Of a DNA stretch of 64,000 nucleotides, positions 61,378 to 64,000 are shown piece by piece. Each line of letters opens with the position of its first letter. The stretch's first letter is position 1. The stretch comes from an uncultured Gemmatimonadaceae bacterium (GTDB taxonomy: Bacteria; Gemmatimonadota; Gemmatimonadetes; Gemmatimonadales; Gemmatimonadaceae), in the NCBI GenBank assembly GCA_963761305.1, contig CAVXGK010000001.1:800001-864000 (forward strand), read 5' to 3'. Below the pieces are notes generated by a model. The model was not told where the DNA came from. It saw only the letters and a program-made list of their open reading frames with translations, and did no database searches. A program made the translations under genes and the position numbers.

Positions 61378-63234
61378 GTGAAGAGAATCAGCCGCTACGT
61401 CCTGAGAGAGCACGTCGGGCCGTTTGTTTTCGCCCTGTCGGCGCTCACGTCGTTCATGCTGCTCCAGTTCATCGCGCGAAAGTTCGGCGACCTGGTTGGG
61501 CGCGGCCTTTCGTGGCAGGTGATCCTGGAGTTCTTCGTCCTGTCGATCCCGCTCACGGTGGCGCTGACGCTGCCCATGTCGGTGCTCGTCGCGGTGCTCT
61601 ACGCGTTCAGCCGCCTGGCGTCGGAGAACGAGATCACGGCGCTCAAGGCGAGCGGTATTTCGACGCGATCGCTCCTGCGGCCGGTGCTCGTCGCCTCGGT
61701 GTTCCTCGCGGTCTTCATGCTCTGGTTCAACGACCAGGTGCTCTCCAGCGCGAACCACGAGCTGGCGACGCTCCAGATCGCGATCTTCCGCACGAAGCCC
61801 AGCTTCGCCCTCAAGGAGCAGGTGATCAATCCGGTCAAGGAGGGGCAGCTCTACCTGCGCGCGGGGTACATCGACCGTGACCAGTCGGGCCACATGCGCG
61901 ACATCACGATCTACGACGTCTCCAATGCGATGCGCCGCCGGACGATCTTCGCCGATCACGGCACGCTGTCGTTCGCCAGCAACAAGACCGACCTGATCCT
62001 GCACCTGTTCGACGGCATGATGATGTCCGCGCCGTCGAACCAGCCGGAGCAACTCGACCGGATCTATTACAAGCAGGATGACCTCAAGGTCAAAGACGTC
62101 GCGAGCTCGTTTCAGTCGATCGACGCCGACACGACCTCGAAGGGCGATCGCGAGATGTCCGTGTGCGAGATGCAGTCCGAGTACGAGAAGCGCAACGCCG
62201 CGCTCCAGAACGCGTACACGGACAGCCTGATCGCCGTGTGGCGGGTAATGAAGGAACGCGGGCAGAACGGGGTGGAACCGAAGCGCAAACCGGTGCCGAA
62301 GGCCGGCGGGATCGGTGCGATGTACTGCACCCTGATCACCAAGTACCTCCACATCAATCCGCTCGCCCCGAAAGAGGCGCAGGCCGCCGAGCCGTCGATG
62401 TTCTTGCGACGTCTGGCGCAGGACACCACGCACAAGACCGACACGACCAAGCGCGACACGACCAAACGCGACACCACCAAGCGCGACACGACGAAAAAAT
62501 CGGCGCCGGGGAAACCGCTCGTGCAGTCCGAGTCGGTGATGGTGATGGTCAACAGCATTCTGAAGAAGGTCCCGCGGAATGCGATTCCACCCGGCGCGTT
62601 CATCCCCGAGACCGCCGCCGCGCACATGACGGTTCCACCGAACGGAGCCTCGCCTGTCGGCAATCGTCCCGTCCCGGCGGTGATCGGACAACCGAATCCG
62701 CCGCCGGTCGTCGGGACTCCGGGCGGGGCCATCAATCCCAACCCGGCCGCGCGCGTCGCGACGCCGCCGCCGTCGAGCGGCGTGTCCAATCCGGACGCCA
62801 ATCTCAAGTCGGTTATCGCGAGCGAGGTGGCCGACGCCAAGATTCGCCTCGACGACGCGCGCCACTGGCGGAATCGCTACGCCATCGAGATCCAGAAGAA
62901 GTTTTCGTTGGCCGCGGCGTGCTTCGTTCTCGTGCTCGTCGGCGCGCCGCTCGCGTTGCGATTCCCGCGAGGCGGCGTCGGTCTGGTGTTGATCGCCAGC
63001 TTCCTGATCTTCTCGGTCTATTACGTCGGCCTCACGGCCGGCGAAGCGCTGGCGAACCACAACCTGCTCTCGCCGTTCTGGTCGATGTGGGCCGGCAACA
63101 TCATTTTCGCGCTCATCGGCATCGCGCTCATCACGCGCATGGGTCACGAGACGGCGACGGCGCGCGGGGGCAACCTCGGTGAACTGATGGATTCGGTGCG
63201 CTTCTGGCTCGACCGGCGCCGCAAGGGCAAATAG
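61378..63234 (+). CDS. LptF/LptG family LPS export permease with a long insertion
   Basis: RYVLRE..GPF, TLPMSVL.A.L..FSRL..ENEITA.KASG, EI.KKFSL..AC, GAPL. Confidence 0.92.
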   Translation: MKRISRYVLREHVGPFVFALSALTSFMLLQFIARKFGDLVGRGLSWQVILEFFVLSIPLTVALTLPMSVLVAVLYAFSRLASENEITALKASGISTRSLLRPVLVASVFLAVFMLWFNDQVLSSANHELATLQIAIFRTKPSFALKEQVINPVKEGQLYLRAGYIDRDQSGHMRDITIYDVSNAMRRRTIFADHGTLSFASNKTDLILHLFDGMMMSAPSNQPEQLDRIYYKQDDLKVKDVASSFQSIDADTTSKGDREMSVCEMQSEYEKRNAALQNAYTDSLIAVWRVMKERGQNGVEPKRKPVPKAGGIGAMYCTLITKYLHINPLAPKEAQAAEPSMFLRRLAQDTTHKTDTTKRDTTKRDTTKRDTTKKSAPGKPLVQSESVMVMVNSILKKVPRNAIPPGAFIPETAAAHMTVPPNGASPVGNRPVPAVIGQPNPPPVVGTPGGAINPNPAARVATPPPSSGVSNPDANLKSVIASEVADAKIRLDDARHWRNRYAIEIQKKFSLAAACFVLVLVGAPLALRFPRGGVGLVLIASFLIFSVYYVGLTAGEALANHNLLSPFWSMWAGNIIFALIGIALITRMGHETATARGGNLGELMDSVRFWLDRRRKGK

Positions 63235-63236
63235 CG

Positions 63237-64000
63237 ATGCGCCTCTTCCGGCCATTGGACCGCTACGTGTTCACCGAGTTCTGGCGGATCTTCACGATCA
63301 CCGCCCTCGGGTTCCCGTTCCTGCTGGTGATCATGGATCTGACGGATCACGTGCAGGGCTACCTCGACCAGCGGATCCCGGCGCGCGACATCGCGCTCAG
63401 CTATCTATTCTGGATTCCTGATTCGATGTTCTTGGTGCTGCCGGCGGCGGTACTCTTCGCTACGGTGTTTTCCATCGGCGGGTTCACGCGCCATTCCGAG
63501 GTGACGGCGGCCAAGGCGTCGGGCGTGAGCTTTCATCGGCTCGTCGTCCCGATCCTGTTCGGCGCGCTCTTCGCGTCGGTGCTCGACCTCGGACTCGGCG
63601 AGGTCGTGCCGATCACGAACCAGCACCGGAGCCACCTGCTGCACCAGGACAAGGCGCAGGTCGGCACCAGCCGGTTCAACTTCGCGTTCGCGAGCGACTT
63701 CGGCCGCGTGTACAAGGCGATGGAACTGCGTACCGACTCGGGGCAGATCCGCCAGCTGCAGATCGAGCGCAAAGGAAAAGGCTCTGCCTATCCGACGTAC
63801 CTGCTGACCGCCGACTCGGCGTCGTTCGATCCGCGGCGGAACAGCTGGACGCTGAGGCGCGGGCACCTGCAGGTCGTGAGCGACCGCAACGCCAGCTTCG
63901 CGGTGGCATTCGCGTCGGCCAGGGACACGCTCTTCACCGAACGCCCGGCCGACATGATGGCGAAGCCGCGCGACCCGCAGGACATGCGCTACAGGGAGCT
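63237..64000 (+). CDS. LptF/LptG family permease (3' truncated by window edge)
   Basis: MRLFRPLDRYVF.EF, LPAAVLFATVF.IG...RHSEVTAAKASGVSFHR. Confidence 0.9.
   Translation, partial: MRLFRPLDRYVFTEFWRIFTITALGFPFLLVIMDLTDHVQGYLDQRIPARDIALSYLFWIPDSMFLVLPAAVLFATVFSIGGFTRHSEVTAAKASGVSFHRLVVPILFGALFASVLDLGLGEVVPITNQHRSHLLHQDKAQVGTSRFNFAFASDFGRVYKAMELRTDSGQIRQLQIERKGKGSAYPTYLLTADSASFDPRRNSWTLRRGHLQVVSDRNASFAVAFASARDTLFTERPADMMAKPRDPQDMRYRE

Noticed and set aside
1..64000. tRNA or rRNA genes
   Set aside because: No cloverleaf or rRNA-like segment was recognised by eye.

Overview
High-GC bacterial chromosomal window. Gene content (SusC/SusD, SprA-like protein, ECF-kinase pair, pilB-pilT-pilC, long LptF) suggests Gemmatimonadota or a related FCB-group lineage; this is inference, not a database result. 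From left to right: M20 peptidase and APC permease; a minus-strand ECF sigma / probable pseudokinase / beta-barrel / Ig-lipoprotein module; type IV pilus pilB-pilT-pilC; uxuA divergent from susC-susD; a ~10 kb decayed accessory island (19.7-30.2 kb); a MacA/MacB-like pair; a 12-gene pectin/hexuronate operon with a GH28-CE8 fusion and a divergent ROK regulator; comEA-like gene; S8 protease; a repeat-rich intergenic region; M28 peptidase; SprA-like gene; lptF/lptG-like genes. The island holds a complete group II intron inside an IS3-family element, which abuts a dead IS481, plus attC-like sites and cassette-type genes with no integrase. The strongest non-obvious signals are: (1) a palindromic TTGTTC-N7-GAACAA motif at both the uxuA/susCD and uxaC/ROK promoters, suggesting one split pectin-utilisation regulon; (2) the nested intron/IS/IS structure, with EBS-IBS pairings readable from the sequence; (3) the integrase-less attC cluster; (4) a kinase with HRG in place of HRD next to an ECF sigma factor. 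Four single-base frameshifts may be assembly errors.
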